Assembly (NCBI GenBank): GCA_028282585.1
Contig: JANQHR010000046.1
Coordinates: 57,021 to 121,020, forward strand
Origin: Bacteroidales bacterium
GTDB taxonomy: Bacteria; Bacteroidota; Bacteroidia; Bacteroidales; UBA12077
Length of the DNA: 64,000 nt
Reading direction: 5' to 3'
Below, in pieces: positions 28,901 to 38,295 of this stretch (the stretch's first letter is position 1; every line of letters starts with the position of its first letter). The notes beneath the pieces were generated by a model that saw nothing but the letters and a program-made list of their open reading frames with translations, was not told the DNA's origin and ran no database searches. A program made the translations under genes and the position numbers.

Positions 28901-30850
28901 ATCAAATTCTTTAATTGGATCTCTATTTATTGTTTTTACAATATTATCGGTATCAAGAATATTCTGAATTTTTCTCTCTCGAATTATTTTCTTCGAAGCT
29001 ATAATCAATGATAATTGAGAATCAGTTACAATAGTACGAAGTCTTTTTTCAGGTATATCGGTATCCAAGGGTAAATAAACACAGTTTAGTTTAAGTATTC
29101 CCAGTATTGCAACTATTGTATCGATTGATCGTTCCATCATAACACCGACCATCTCACCTTCGTTGATATTTTTATATTTAAGAAATGCAGCAAATTTATC
29201 TGACACTTCTCCAAGTTCTTTATATGTCAGAGTTTCTTTATGCATTTGCAATGCTATATCGGAAGGAGTTTCTTCTACCTGATTATTAAATAAATCAATA
29301 ATGGTCTTATCGTAGGGAAAATACGATTTTGTTCGGTTAAGGTCAAAAACTATCCGTTCTTTTTCTTCAGAAGTAAGCAGATCAACCTGTCCTAAAGTCA
29401 ACTCATCATCTCGAACAATCTGATTAGAAAGATTTTTAAAGAAACTCCCAAATCTATCAATAGTATCTGAATTAAATAAATCAGTTGAATATTCAAAGTT
29501 TAATAAGATTTGGTTACCGTAATCATACACATTTAGTCTTAAATCAAACTTAGAGTGTCCCTTTATATGGTTGTTTATTGTATTATGATCAGATTTTTTA
29601 ATTTCAGTTTCTTTGGTATTTTGTAAAGCAAATACAACATCAAATAAGGGATTTCTATTGGTATTTTTTGTTATGGTTAATTTATCTAACAACTCCTCCA
29701 GAGGATACTCTTGGTTTTCAAAGGCTTCCACTGTTAAAGTCTTGATTTCTTTAAGGTAATCTTTAATCTTCTTATTTCCATCCGGGAAACTTCTTAAAGC
29801 CATTGTATTAACAAACATTCCAACAACTCCCGCAAAATCAACATGAGGTCTGGCTTCATTTGTAGTTCCAATAATAATATCATTTTGTCCGGATATCTTT
29901 GACAATAGTATCTTAAATGTTGCTAACATTATCATGTATAATGTTAATCCATTTCTTGATATATATGCCTTTACATTTTGAGTTTCACCTATCGATAGTG
30001 CATAGGAAACCGTAGCTCCTTCGAAATTTATATTCGCGCTGCGAGAATAATCAGTTGGCAGGTCTAATGAAGGTAATTCGCCAGCTAATTTTTGTAACCA
30101 ATATTTCTCACTTTGGAGCTTCTTATCATGTTGCTGTTTACTTTTTCGCCATTCAGAAAAGTCAGTATATTGCAAATTACGTGAAGCCAATTTTTTCCCT
30201 TCATACAATTTTATAAAATCTTCAGTTAGTATTGAGTGTGATATACCATCGCAAATGATGTGGTGCATATCAATAAACAAAAGTGATCTGTTCGTATTTG
30301 TTTTTATCAAACTACTTCTAACTAATGGAGCTTTATCCATTTCAAAAGGTTTTAATAAAGTATGCTGAATATTATTAATTTCTTCTTCTTGAATATATAA
30401 CTCGTTCAAAGTAAAATTGATATTTTCATTAATTATTTGAACTATGGAATCACCCACCATTCTGTAAGATGACCTTAAAATATCGTGATGATTAATCAGA
30501 ATTGAAAATAATTCTTCGATTTTATCCTTGTCAAGGCCATCAGGTAATGGAATGAAAAAGGGCATATTATATGCAACATTATTAGATAACTGTTGCAATA
30601 AATACATTCTGGTTTGCGGAGAAGTTAATGAATAATATTCCTTTTTTTCACTTTTTTTTATATTAGCAAATGAATTTTGCCTATTATACTTAACTAGAAA
30701 TTCAATTAATTCTTTCTTATTATCTCTAATTAATTCTATTAACTCCTTCGTTATTTTTTCCTTATCACCTTTCAGTTTTATTTGATTTTCACTTAATCCA
30801 ATTTTAATTCCTTTCTGATTGAGGTGATCTACCAGTTCGAAGATATTCAT
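25904..30850 (-). CDS. NRPS module: docking-C-A(Asn)[radical SAM/B12 insert]-T
   Basis: C HHIICDG. A code about DLTKVGEVGK (Asn). CPFKCAYC at 28772-28795 lies between A2 and A3 (YTSGTTGNPKG). T FFELGGHSV. Confidence 0.92.
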   Translation of the reverse strand: MNIFELVDHLNQKGIKIGLSENQIKLKGDKEKITKELIELIRDNKKELIEFLVKYNRQNSFANIKKSEKKEYYSLTSPQTRMYLLQQLSNNVAYNMPFFIPLPDGLDKDKIEELFSILINHHDILRSSYRMVGDSIVQIINENINFTLNELYIQEEEINNIQHTLLKPFEMDKAPLVRSSLIKTNTNRSLLFIDMHHIICDGISHSILTEDFIKLYEGKKLASRNLQYTDFSEWRKSKQQHDKKLQSEKYWLQKLAGELPSLDLPTDYSRSANINFEGATVSYALSIGETQNVKAYISRNGLTLYMIMLATFKILLSKISGQNDIIIGTTNEARPHVDFAGVVGMFVNTMALRSFPDGNKKIKDYLKEIKTLTVEAFENQEYPLEELLDKLTITKNTNRNPLFDVVFALQNTKETEIKKSDHNTINNHIKGHSKFDLRLNVYDYGNQILLNFEYSTDLFNSDTIDRFGSFFKNLSNQIVRDDELTLGQVDLLTSEEKERIVFDLNRTKSYFPYDKTIIDLFNNQVEETPSDIALQMHKETLTYKELGEVSDKFAAFLKYKNINEGEMVGVMMERSIDTIVAILGILKLNCVYLPLDTDIPEKRLRTIVTDSQLSLIIASKKIIRERKIQNILDTDNIVKTINRDPIKEFDSLPMPNRSLVDYNYYTQYIGQAMVKNSISIQATRGCPFKCAYCHKVWSKKHVFRSADNIFEEVNLYYKMGIKRFSFVDDIFNLNVQNSKRFFELIIENGLKVNFFFPNGLRGDILTKEYIDLMVKAGVVNFALALETASPRLQKLINKNIDLQKLKDNLEYISKTYPQVIIELMTMHGFPTETEEEALMTLNFIQSIKWIHFPYINILKIYKNTDMHKMALENGISEKSISMSEHLPHHALPLTLPFNESFTKKYQSIFLNEYFLSKERLKKVLPYQLKVLTKDELVQKYNSYLPVNISTFEELLNFIGLKDEIELDENNSESNKTIDLNSKIKAHFSHDVKSNDRLKILLIDLSLYFSKDSQDIYDVIEPPLGLMYLATYINKEFNNKVNCKIIKSRVDFDSHSELQEIIEEFKPDIVGCRSLVYYKLYFNETVENIRKYYKGILIAGGPYPTSNYDEVLKNLNVDLVVFGEGEKTFAQVVSTILENKGSFPTEKQLIEIPGIAFNKDSYSKIKIFEINDFYENLNNEKLLSYKENLPEGFTYNIAYCIYTSGTTGNPKGVLVNHKNLVNYIWSANKFYCKQKESNFPLYTSLTFDLTITSIFTPLINGSKLVIYEEADIEKVLSDNKVDVIKLTPSHLKLIRDNQGLSDIINKSRVKTIVIGGEQLETQLAHNIIDLFANRIEIFNEYGPTEATVGCIIHKYNTETDKNTNVPIGNPFPNTKVYILNEDLNPLPKGMVGELYIGGECITEGYLNNLILTNTCYIKNPFVDNEKLYKTGDLARMLPNGSLEFIGRNDFQVKIRGYRIELGEIESVLKSLDRISDAIVIVKTDNLNMQYLCAYYVTDYEIDSNDIKEELKDVIPEYMIPQYFKEIENISLNKNGKVDKTALPEINIEDTIEYIPPTTELEAQLVTIWSNILGISDNKISIDADFFELGGHSVKANILINQINNTFDIKILISDIFVATTIRKIAVLIDMIKNVGLVEEEMSAGKKITI
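27370..28980 (-). other. Inserted radical SAM plus cobalamin-binding didomain (permuted order) within the Asn A domain
   Basis: EFDSLPMPNRSL, TRGCPFKCAYC and FFPNGLRGD, then KILLIDLS, EPPLGLMY, LIAGGPYPT, FGEGE and IPGIAF. Boundaries approximate. Confidence 0.88.
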
Positions 30851-31006
30851 TTTCTATTTATTAATTATTAATTCAGATTAAGCTTATCTTTTAATTATTC
30901 TTTGAACAGTAAGAAAATAAGCCTTCAATATTTATTAATTTGATTATCTTTTATTTACAAATTACACTATACTAAAATCTAAGAAAGTAAGGTGGTATCA
31001 GATTAA

Positions 31007-34000
31007 TTAAATAATAATTTCAACTTCCTCATTAACTTCATCGTCTTCTTCAATATTTTGGAGTAATTGAATCAGTTTTGAAATTGTTTTTATGTTAGGG
31101 TTTTCAAAGAAATCTCCAAGTCGGATTTCTATATTGAATTCTTTATATATCATTGAAGTAATTTGAATTGCATTTAAGCTATGTCCTCCAATTTCAAAAA
31201 AGTCGTCGTATATGCCTATTTTATCAAGTGCAAGAACTTCTTCCCAAATTTTAGTTAATTTTTTTTCTACATTGGTTTGTGGTTCGACATAGCTATTACT
31301 TTCAAGCTTAAAGTCTTTTAAATTTGCCAACTGCCTCCTGTCAGCCTTTCCATTTGTATTTAATGGTATTTTATCCAGTTGAATAAAAAAAGTTGGAACC
31401 ATGTAAGCTGGTAATTTTTTTGAGATTTCCGATATAATAACACTGGTGTCTATTTTATTTTTATTCGATACAGTATAAGCCACCAGTTTTTTATTTCCCG
31501 AGTTATCATCTATTGCTATTACAACACTTTCTTTAATATCATCCAATTGATTAAGTACCGATTCTATTTCTCCCAGTTCAACTCTAAATCCTCGTATTTT
31601 TATTTGATCATCTATTCTACCCAAAAATTCTATATCGCCACTTGGAAGCCATCTTGCTATGTCGCCAGTTTTATAAATTCTAACTGCATCCTTAGGGTTA
31701 TCTTTTTCAGAATAAATTTTACCACGTTCTTTATTCCATATTATAAATTTATCTTTTGTCAGAGAATTATTCTGATAATACCCTCGTGCTAAACCGACAC
31801 CACCTATATGTAATTCTCCGGGGATACCAACAGGTTGTAATTTGTGGTTATTATTTAAAATAAAAAGATTAATATTATCAATAGGTTTACCGATTGGAAT
31901 TGTATCTACTTTTTCATCCCTGGTGCAATTATAATATGAAACGTCAACTGTCGCCTCGGTAGGACCATAAAGGTTTACTAAATTAACTTTTAAGTTTTTA
32001 AATAATTCATTAAAAAATAAAACACTATTTGCCGATAAGGCTTCACCACTAGCAAATACCTGTATTAAACTTTTTAGATTGTCTACGTCTACATTATGAT
32101 CCTTAATATACTGTAAAAAAACATTTAACATAGAAGGCACAAAATGTATTTTTGTTACTTCTTTTTTAGTTATTGTCTCAATTATTCTATTTGGATCTTT
32201 TTCTTCATTTTTGTCTAATAAAACCAATGATGCCCCATAAAAACTCCACCAAAATAGTTCCCATACTGAAACATCAAAACCTATTGAAGTCTTTTGAATC
32301 AAAATATCCGTTGGAGAAGCATTATATTTTTTTTGCATCCAGTTAATTCTGTTTATTACAGAATGATGTTCTATCATAACTCCTTTAGGTTTTCCTGTAG
32401 AACCCGATGTATAAATAACATATGCTATATTGTTGGAGTTAGCCTGATTAAATTCTTTTAATCCAGGTTTTTCATAAGAAAAACTATCTATGAATATCAA
32501 ATCTGTACCCGTTTCTTCGAACTTATCCTTTAAATGAATTTTTGTTATAACAAGGTTACATCCACTATCTGATAGCATTATTGATATTCTTTCATCAGGA
32601 TAATCTGGAATAATAGGTAAATAAGCAGCTCCTGACTTTAAGATTCCATAAATACAGATCATCATTTCTATTGATCTATCCATACTAACTCCTACTAGCT
32701 TTTCAGGCCCAATTCCACAATGTCGAAGATATTCTGCTAATTCATTTGCTTTAGCATTTAATTCTTTATATGTTATTCTTTCATCTTTATAGATTAAAGC
32801 AATCTTATTAGGAGTTTTTAAAACCTGCTCTTCAAATAAATAATGGATACATTTCTCTTTAGGATAATTAACTTTTGTATTGTTGAAATTACCTAAAATC
32901 TGACCCTTTTCTTCTTTTGTCAATATATCCAGTTCATTTATAATAATATCTTTATTCTCAACTACACTTGTAACTATCTTGTTAAAATGCTTTAATATTC
33001 TTTTAACCGTATCTCTATAAAATAAATCGGTATCGTAAATTATAGAAAGTTTTATTTCATTATTATTATGATGAAATATGAAATCCAAATCAAATGTACT
33101 TTTTATATTATTGCTGCTGTTTTTAAAAGGTTTCAAACTTAAATGATTGCTATTACTTGTTTCATTTTCATAAACAAAATCTCGATCACTATTATATAAT
33201 ACAATTACATCAAAAAATGCAGATCCTACCGAATTTCTTTCTGTAGATAATTCCTCAACTAATTTACTAAATGGATATTCCTGGTGATTATATGCTTCTT
33301 GAGTATTATCTCTAACACTATTTAAAAATTGCTCAAAAGTTTTATTTCGATCAACTTTATTTCTTAAAGTCAACATATTTACATAATATCCAATTTGATC
33401 TCTTAAATTATAATTTTGTCTACCTGATACAGGAGTTCCAATTATTATATCATTTTGGTCTGTATATTTATAAAGTAATATTTTCACTAATGAAAGTAGT
33501 GTCATAAATGGAGTAGAATAATTGCTTTTACTGATATCAAGTAAACTATCCACCTGGTATTTGGATAGAGTCAGGCTTACAAGATCTGCTCCATGTGATT
33601 TGCTTTTTGTCCTACTTTTATCGGTTGGAATATTTAAAGATGGCAGTTTACCTCCAAGTATTTTATGCCAATATTCTTTGTGTTTTCTATAAATATCCGA
33701 GTTTACTATATTATTTTGCCAGGCACTGTAATCTTTATACTGAATTGTTAATGGTTCAACTAGTACTTTTTCATTATTTATTCGAGAATTGTATAGATTT
33801 AATGCATCTTTACCAAATACATACATTGACCATCCATCGCTTATAATGTGATGCATTGCGTAAACAAAGACATATTTCTTTTCTTCAATCTTAATCAGAT
33901 AGCTTCTTAACAAAGGTCCTTTGTATAAATCAAATCTTTTTGTTTTAGCTTCTTTTATTAATTCATTTACTTTCTTTTCTGTAGAAGCTTCTTTACTAAA

Positions 34001-37000
34001 GTCATATTCCTCTATCTCAAAATCAATAGAAGTTAATACCTTTTGTTTAAATTGTCCATCCTTTTTTGCGAATACCGTTCTAAATGATTCATGTCTGTTA
34101 ATTAACATATTAAATACATTTCCAAAAACACCAGCGTCAACTTCTCCTTCCAAGATAAAAGAGTTAGATATTATGTACCCATAATTATTCTTAGATAATT
34201 CATCAATTAAAAGTAGTTGCTTTTGCGAATATGATACTTCGTAATACTCCTGATGCTGTACTTTCGGAATAACATTTCTATTGTAATTTAACTGATTTGT
34301 TGAATCAGTTGAATTATCTATTAATTCATTTAGTTTATCGATATCAATTCTATTAAAATCGATGCAATCAATAAGTTTTATTTTATATTCATTACCAGTA
34401 TAAGAAGGATCATTATAAAGCATTTTTTGAAGATTCCTAATAAATGGTTCTACTGACAATAAAGAAACAAACTCTTCAGCTTTAATTTTTGCAATACTTG
34501 ACTGCTTTTCATAAACTTCTTTGCTATAATATAAATCTTTTAATGCCTTTATCCAAGGTTCTATTTCTTGTTCAGGAACTATTGCTTGTGGTAAAGAATT
34601 TTCGTTAAACTCATTCTTATATTCTTTAATATGATTAATAGGTATCAGGTAATCCGTTTCTAATTTTGCTTCTATTAATCCTCCATGCTGACTAGCTAAA
34701 ACAGGAATTCCCCTTAACATAGCATCAGTACAGGCCATACCAAATCCTTCAGCCCATAATGTTGGCATTAATAATATCTTTACATTAGCCAAGAGTTCAT
34801 TTAAACTCTCTTTATTTTCCATTATTGTAATGTTAGGCACCTCATTCATCAACCTCATATCTGTTGGCGTAGTACCCCAACCCGGAACAATTGCGAATTT
34901 AATTTCAGGTAATAATTTTGCTAAAGTCAATAGTATTTTAATTCCTTTTACATCACACGGATTAAACATAAAAACATATTCATTATCAAAGGAAGCTAAC
35001 TTTGGAAAAATGTCATTTCCAAAATGAGGCGGATGGTTTACAAAAGTACTGAATCCAGTATGTGTTTTAACATAATTAGAAACATACTCACTAATTGTTA
35101 CAATCTGAGTTGATTTACCTATTAATTCGGTTCGCTTTTTTCCAGGGTAAAGACTTTCAGGCCCGAATGGAAGTAATTGGGGAGTATGAGCTAAATATAT
35201 TATATTATCGGATCTAACCTCATGAATAGCTTTTAACAGTTGTTGAGATGGATCTTCTGCAGAAATAAATATCCAATCGGGTTGAAATTCTTTAATTATC
35301 TTTTGAAGTTCTACTTTTAAATCATCAGTTTCTAAAATTGCATGTACTTCAACATTCTTTATATTAAAAACATACTTTTTATCATAAACATCAACGGTTA
35401 TTCCATCATCTTTTAAGCTTTCCAATAATTCCTGGCTCGTAATATCACTAGGAACAGCTAGTGCAGGTGTAACAACTTTTACATTATGACCAAGTTGTGC
35501 AATTTCTTCTACCAAATATTTATTTGATTTATTAGCGCCTCCAAATACTCTTGTATAAGGTAGATTCATAGTTAAAATCAAATCAAGTTTAATATTAGGT
35601 GCTACATCTATCTTCTGTAGAATTTCCTTAATATTTGCAATATCAGATTGCTCTATTTTTCTTCTTAATATCAGTTTCCCAAAATCTTGAATTGTTGTTT
35701 TTGAAAATAGAACTACAAAATCAATATCTGTTGAGAATTCATGATTTATCCTTGATAATAATTTTATTGCTAGTAAACTGTTTCCACCTAAATCAAAAAA
35801 GTTTGAGTTAATACTAATTTCATCAACTTCAATATTTAAAACTTCGGCCCAAATAGATGCTAATTGTTTTTCAGTCTTATTACGAGGAGCAATATAGTTA
35901 TTGTTAATACCTGCACGTGGTTCCGGTAATTTTTCTTTATCAACTTTTCCGTTAATTGTCAAAGGTAAATTATCAATAATGACAAAAAATGATGGGATCA
36001 TGTATTCTGGAAGCTTTCTTTTTAAAAACTCCCTAAGAATATCATTCAGCTCTGATATTTTATTATCATGGAGTATAATATATGCGCACAGATATTTTTC
36101 ACCAGAGTCACTTAATTTATCCACAACAATTGTATCTTTAATCAAATCATGTTTTAGAAGATTCTTTTCAATCTCACCTAATTCAATACGATACCCTCTT
36201 ATTTTTATCTGGTTATCAATCCTTTCAACGAATTCTAAGTTTCCATCTGATTTAAAAAAGGCCTTATCTCCGGTTTTATATAAAATATGGTTATTGGAAG
36301 TATTAATAAATTTTTCAGATGTAAGTTCAACTCTGTTCAAGTATCCTTCGGCAAGGCAGTTTCCTCCAATATAAATTTCACCTGGGATTTCTTTAGGAAT
36401 AACATTAAATTTATTATCGAATAAATAAATATTAGAATTTGATATTGGTTTTCCAATAGGAACATTTTCGGCATAGTCATCTTCAATTTTGTATTCATAA
36501 ATCATACATCCAACCGTTGCTTCAGTTGGACCATATTCGTTATATATTTGTACAGATCTCTGAAATGCCTTTGATACAATTCTGCAGTCTTTACTTTTAA
36601 GCTGATCTCCACCAATAATCAGTTTCCTAACATTTGAGTTTTTAAGATTATATTCATCTAATATTTTTAAGTGAGCTGGTGTTAACTTTACGATATTTAT
36701 ATCCTTATTATCAAATATTCTGCTAAAAGTTTCAGGAATATCTGTCGAATCATAAATAATAATTTTACCACCGGTTAAAAGTGGAACATAAATAGAGGTT
36801 TTGGTTAAGTCAAAGGATATGGATGAATATAATGGAAAATTAAAATTACCATCTATGTTATATATGTCCGAAGCCCAATTTATATAATTAGCAATACTTT
36901 CATGATTAACAATTACTCCTTTTGGATTTCCAGTTGAACCGGAAGTATAAATTATGTATGCGCTTTTATAATTCTTGTTTGATATATCAAAACTCTGACC

Positions 37001-38203
37001 ATTTGAAAATATATTATCATTTTTTATACTAACTATATTATAATCATGATTCCATTCCTCTACATATTTAAGATCTGTTATTAAATTGTTAACATTTCCA
37101 TCCTTCATCATAAATTCGATACGTAACTTAGATAAGTTGGTATCAATAGGCATATAGCAAGCACCTGTTTTTAAAACTCCCAGAATGCTTATAATAAGCT
37201 CAATTGAATTATCTAGCATAATTCCTACTATCGAATTTTCTCCAACACCTTGCATTATTAAATAATTTGCTATAGCATTTGATTTAATATTTAATTCCTT
37301 ATAAGATAGCTGTTCTTCATTATATTCAACAGCAGCATTATCTGGAGTTTCCAAACATTGTCTGACAAATAATTCACAAATAGAATTATTTAAGTAATCC
37401 TTCTTAGCAGTATCATTAAATTTATTTACTAACTCTTCTTTTTCTTCCGATGATATTAGTGAGAAAGAATTTATTGGATTTTCTAAGTTACTTATAACAG
37501 ATTTGAAAAATCCTTTATAATATTTTACTAAATTTTTTATTAACTCTTCAGAGTAAAGACATGAGTTGTATTTTACTTTTCCTTTAAATATTTTACTTTC
37601 TTTTTCAAATGAAAATGAAAAGAGTATGTTGTAATTAATTTCGTTAAGATATCCTTCTTTTTGAATATTTTCATATAATATACCAATATCAAATAAAGGA
37701 AAGCTTTCATTCTTTTTTAAGTTTAATCCCATCTTTTGAACAAGTGCATCAACTGGGTAATTTTGATTTCTAATAACATTAACTAAATTGTCCTTTGTAC
37801 TTAGAATAATATCCTTAAAACTTTTCTCCCCATTCACTTGATTTCTAACACATAAAACAGTGTTAAGAAATTCATCCTCAACCTTTTGTTCATGAATTGA
37901 TGTACCTATACTGATATCCTCAGATTGTACATATTTAGATAAAAACGCACTTATTCCGGCAATTAATAATACCTGAATTTTAAAATCCTGTTCTTTACTG
38001 ATGTCAAGTATTTTCAATGTAAGGTCTTCATCAAATTTGAACTTATACTCCTGCTTTTCGATCTCTTTATTTATCAAAGAATCTTTACTATATGGAATTA
38101 TTGTTTTCTCTTCAAAACCTTTTAAATAATCCAACCAGTACTTTTCTTCGTTATATCCTATATTGTTCAGATATAATATTTTATCAGTTTTACTATTACC
38201 CAT
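31007..38203 (-). CDS. Two-module NRPS: half-C-A(Asn)-T-glycosyltransferase-C-A(Ser)-T
   Basis: A1 code about DLTKIGEVGK (Asn); T1 FFDLGGNSL; GT-B segment; C HHIISDGWS; A2 code DVWHFSLVDK (Ser); T2 FFEIGGHSL. Confidence 0.92.
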   Translation of the reverse strand: MGNSKTDKILYLNNIGYNEEKYWLDYLKGFEEKTIIPYSKDSLINKEIEKQEYKFKFDEDLTLKILDISKEQDFKIQVLLIAGISAFLSKYVQSEDISIGTSIHEQKVEDEFLNTVLCVRNQVNGEKSFKDIILSTKDNLVNVIRNQNYPVDALVQKMGLNLKKNESFPLFDIGILYENIQKEGYLNEINYNILFSFSFEKESKIFKGKVKYNSCLYSEELIKNLVKYYKGFFKSVISNLENPINSFSLISSEEKEELVNKFNDTAKKDYLNNSICELFVRQCLETPDNAAVEYNEEQLSYKELNIKSNAIANYLIMQGVGENSIVGIMLDNSIELIISILGVLKTGACYMPIDTNLSKLRIEFMMKDGNVNNLITDLKYVEEWNHDYNIVSIKNDNIFSNGQSFDISNKNYKSAYIIYTSGSTGNPKGVIVNHESIANYINWASDIYNIDGNFNFPLYSSISFDLTKTSIYVPLLTGGKIIIYDSTDIPETFSRIFDNKDINIVKLTPAHLKILDEYNLKNSNVRKLIIGGDQLKSKDCRIVSKAFQRSVQIYNEYGPTEATVGCMIYEYKIEDDYAENVPIGKPISNSNIYLFDNKFNVIPKEIPGEIYIGGNCLAEGYLNRVELTSEKFINTSNNHILYKTGDKAFFKSDGNLEFVERIDNQIKIRGYRIELGEIEKNLLKHDLIKDTIVVDKLSDSGEKYLCAYIILHDNKISELNDILREFLKRKLPEYMIPSFFVIIDNLPLTINGKVDKEKLPEPRAGINNNYIAPRNKTEKQLASIWAEVLNIEVDEISINSNFFDLGGNSLLAIKLLSRINHEFSTDIDFVVLFSKTTIQDFGKLILRRKIEQSDIANIKEILQKIDVAPNIKLDLILTMNLPYTRVFGGANKSNKYLVEEIAQLGHNVKVVTPALAVPSDITSQELLESLKDDGITVDVYDKKYVFNIKNVEVHAILETDDLKVELQKIIKEFQPDWIFISAEDPSQQLLKAIHEVRSDNIIYLAHTPQLLPFGPESLYPGKKRTELIGKSTQIVTISEYVSNYVKTHTGFSTFVNHPPHFGNDIFPKLASFDNEYVFMFNPCDVKGIKILLTLAKLLPEIKFAIVPGWGTTPTDMRLMNEVPNITIMENKESLNELLANVKILLMPTLWAEGFGMACTDAMLRGIPVLASQHGGLIEAKLETDYLIPINHIKEYKNEFNENSLPQAIVPEQEIEPWIKALKDLYYSKEVYEKQSSIAKIKAEEFVSLLSVEPFIRNLQKMLYNDPSYTGNEYKIKLIDCIDFNRIDIDKLNELIDNSTDSTNQLNYNRNVIPKVQHQEYYEVSYSQKQLLLIDELSKNNYGYIISNSFILEGEVDAGVFGNVFNMLINRHESFRTVFAKKDGQFKQKVLTSIDFEIEEYDFSKEASTEKKVNELIKEAKTKRFDLYKGPLLRSYLIKIEEKKYVFVYAMHHIISDGWSMYVFGKDALNLYNSRINNEKVLVEPLTIQYKDYSAWQNNIVNSDIYRKHKEYWHKILGGKLPSLNIPTDKSRTKSKSHGADLVSLTLSKYQVDSLLDISKSNYSTPFMTLLSLVKILLYKYTDQNDIIIGTPVSGRQNYNLRDQIGYYVNMLTLRNKVDRNKTFEQFLNSVRDNTQEAYNHQEYPFSKLVEELSTERNSVGSAFFDVIVLYNSDRDFVYENETSNSNHLSLKPFKNSSNNIKSTFDLDFIFHHNNNEIKLSIIYDTDLFYRDTVKRILKHFNKIVTSVVENKDIIINELDILTKEEKGQILGNFNNTKVNYPKEKCIHYLFEEQVLKTPNKIALIYKDERITYKELNAKANELAEYLRHCGIGPEKLVGVSMDRSIEMMICIYGILKSGAAYLPIIPDYPDERISIMLSDSGCNLVITKIHLKDKFEETGTDLIFIDSFSYEKPGLKEFNQANSNNIAYVIYTSGSTGKPKGVMIEHHSVINRINWMQKKYNASPTDILIQKTSIGFDVSVWELFWWSFYGASLVLLDKNEEKDPNRIIETITKKEVTKIHFVPSMLNVFLQYIKDHNVDVDNLKSLIQVFASGEALSANSVLFFNELFKNLKVNLVNLYGPTEATVDVSYYNCTRDEKVDTIPIGKPIDNINLFILNNNHKLQPVGIPGELHIGGVGLARGYYQNNSLTKDKFIIWNKERGKIYSEKDNPKDAVRIYKTGDIARWLPSGDIEFLGRIDDQIKIRGFRVELGEIESVLNQLDDIKESVVIAIDDNSGNKKLVAYTVSNKNKIDTSVIISEISKKLPAYMVPTFFIQLDKIPLNTNGKADRRQLANLKDFKLESNSYVEPQTNVEKKLTKIWEEVLALDKIGIYDDFFEIGGHSLNAIQITSMIYKEFNIEIRLGDFFENPNIKTISKLIQLLQNIEEDDEVNEEVEIII
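34430..35590 (-). other. Embedded GT-B (GT4-like) glycosyltransferase domain
   Basis: N-terminal FGGANKS...LGHNVKVV, TISEYV, VKGIKILL and the GT4 signature variant WAEGFGMACTDAMLRGIPVLASQHGGLIE. Confidence 0.8.
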
Positions 38204-38295
38204 TTTAATTTGATTAAAACTTCGACGAAATCTAAGAGTTACTTTGTTTATAGACGTTGATTAATATTCAGATATTTTCTTAACTGTTAAGTGTG

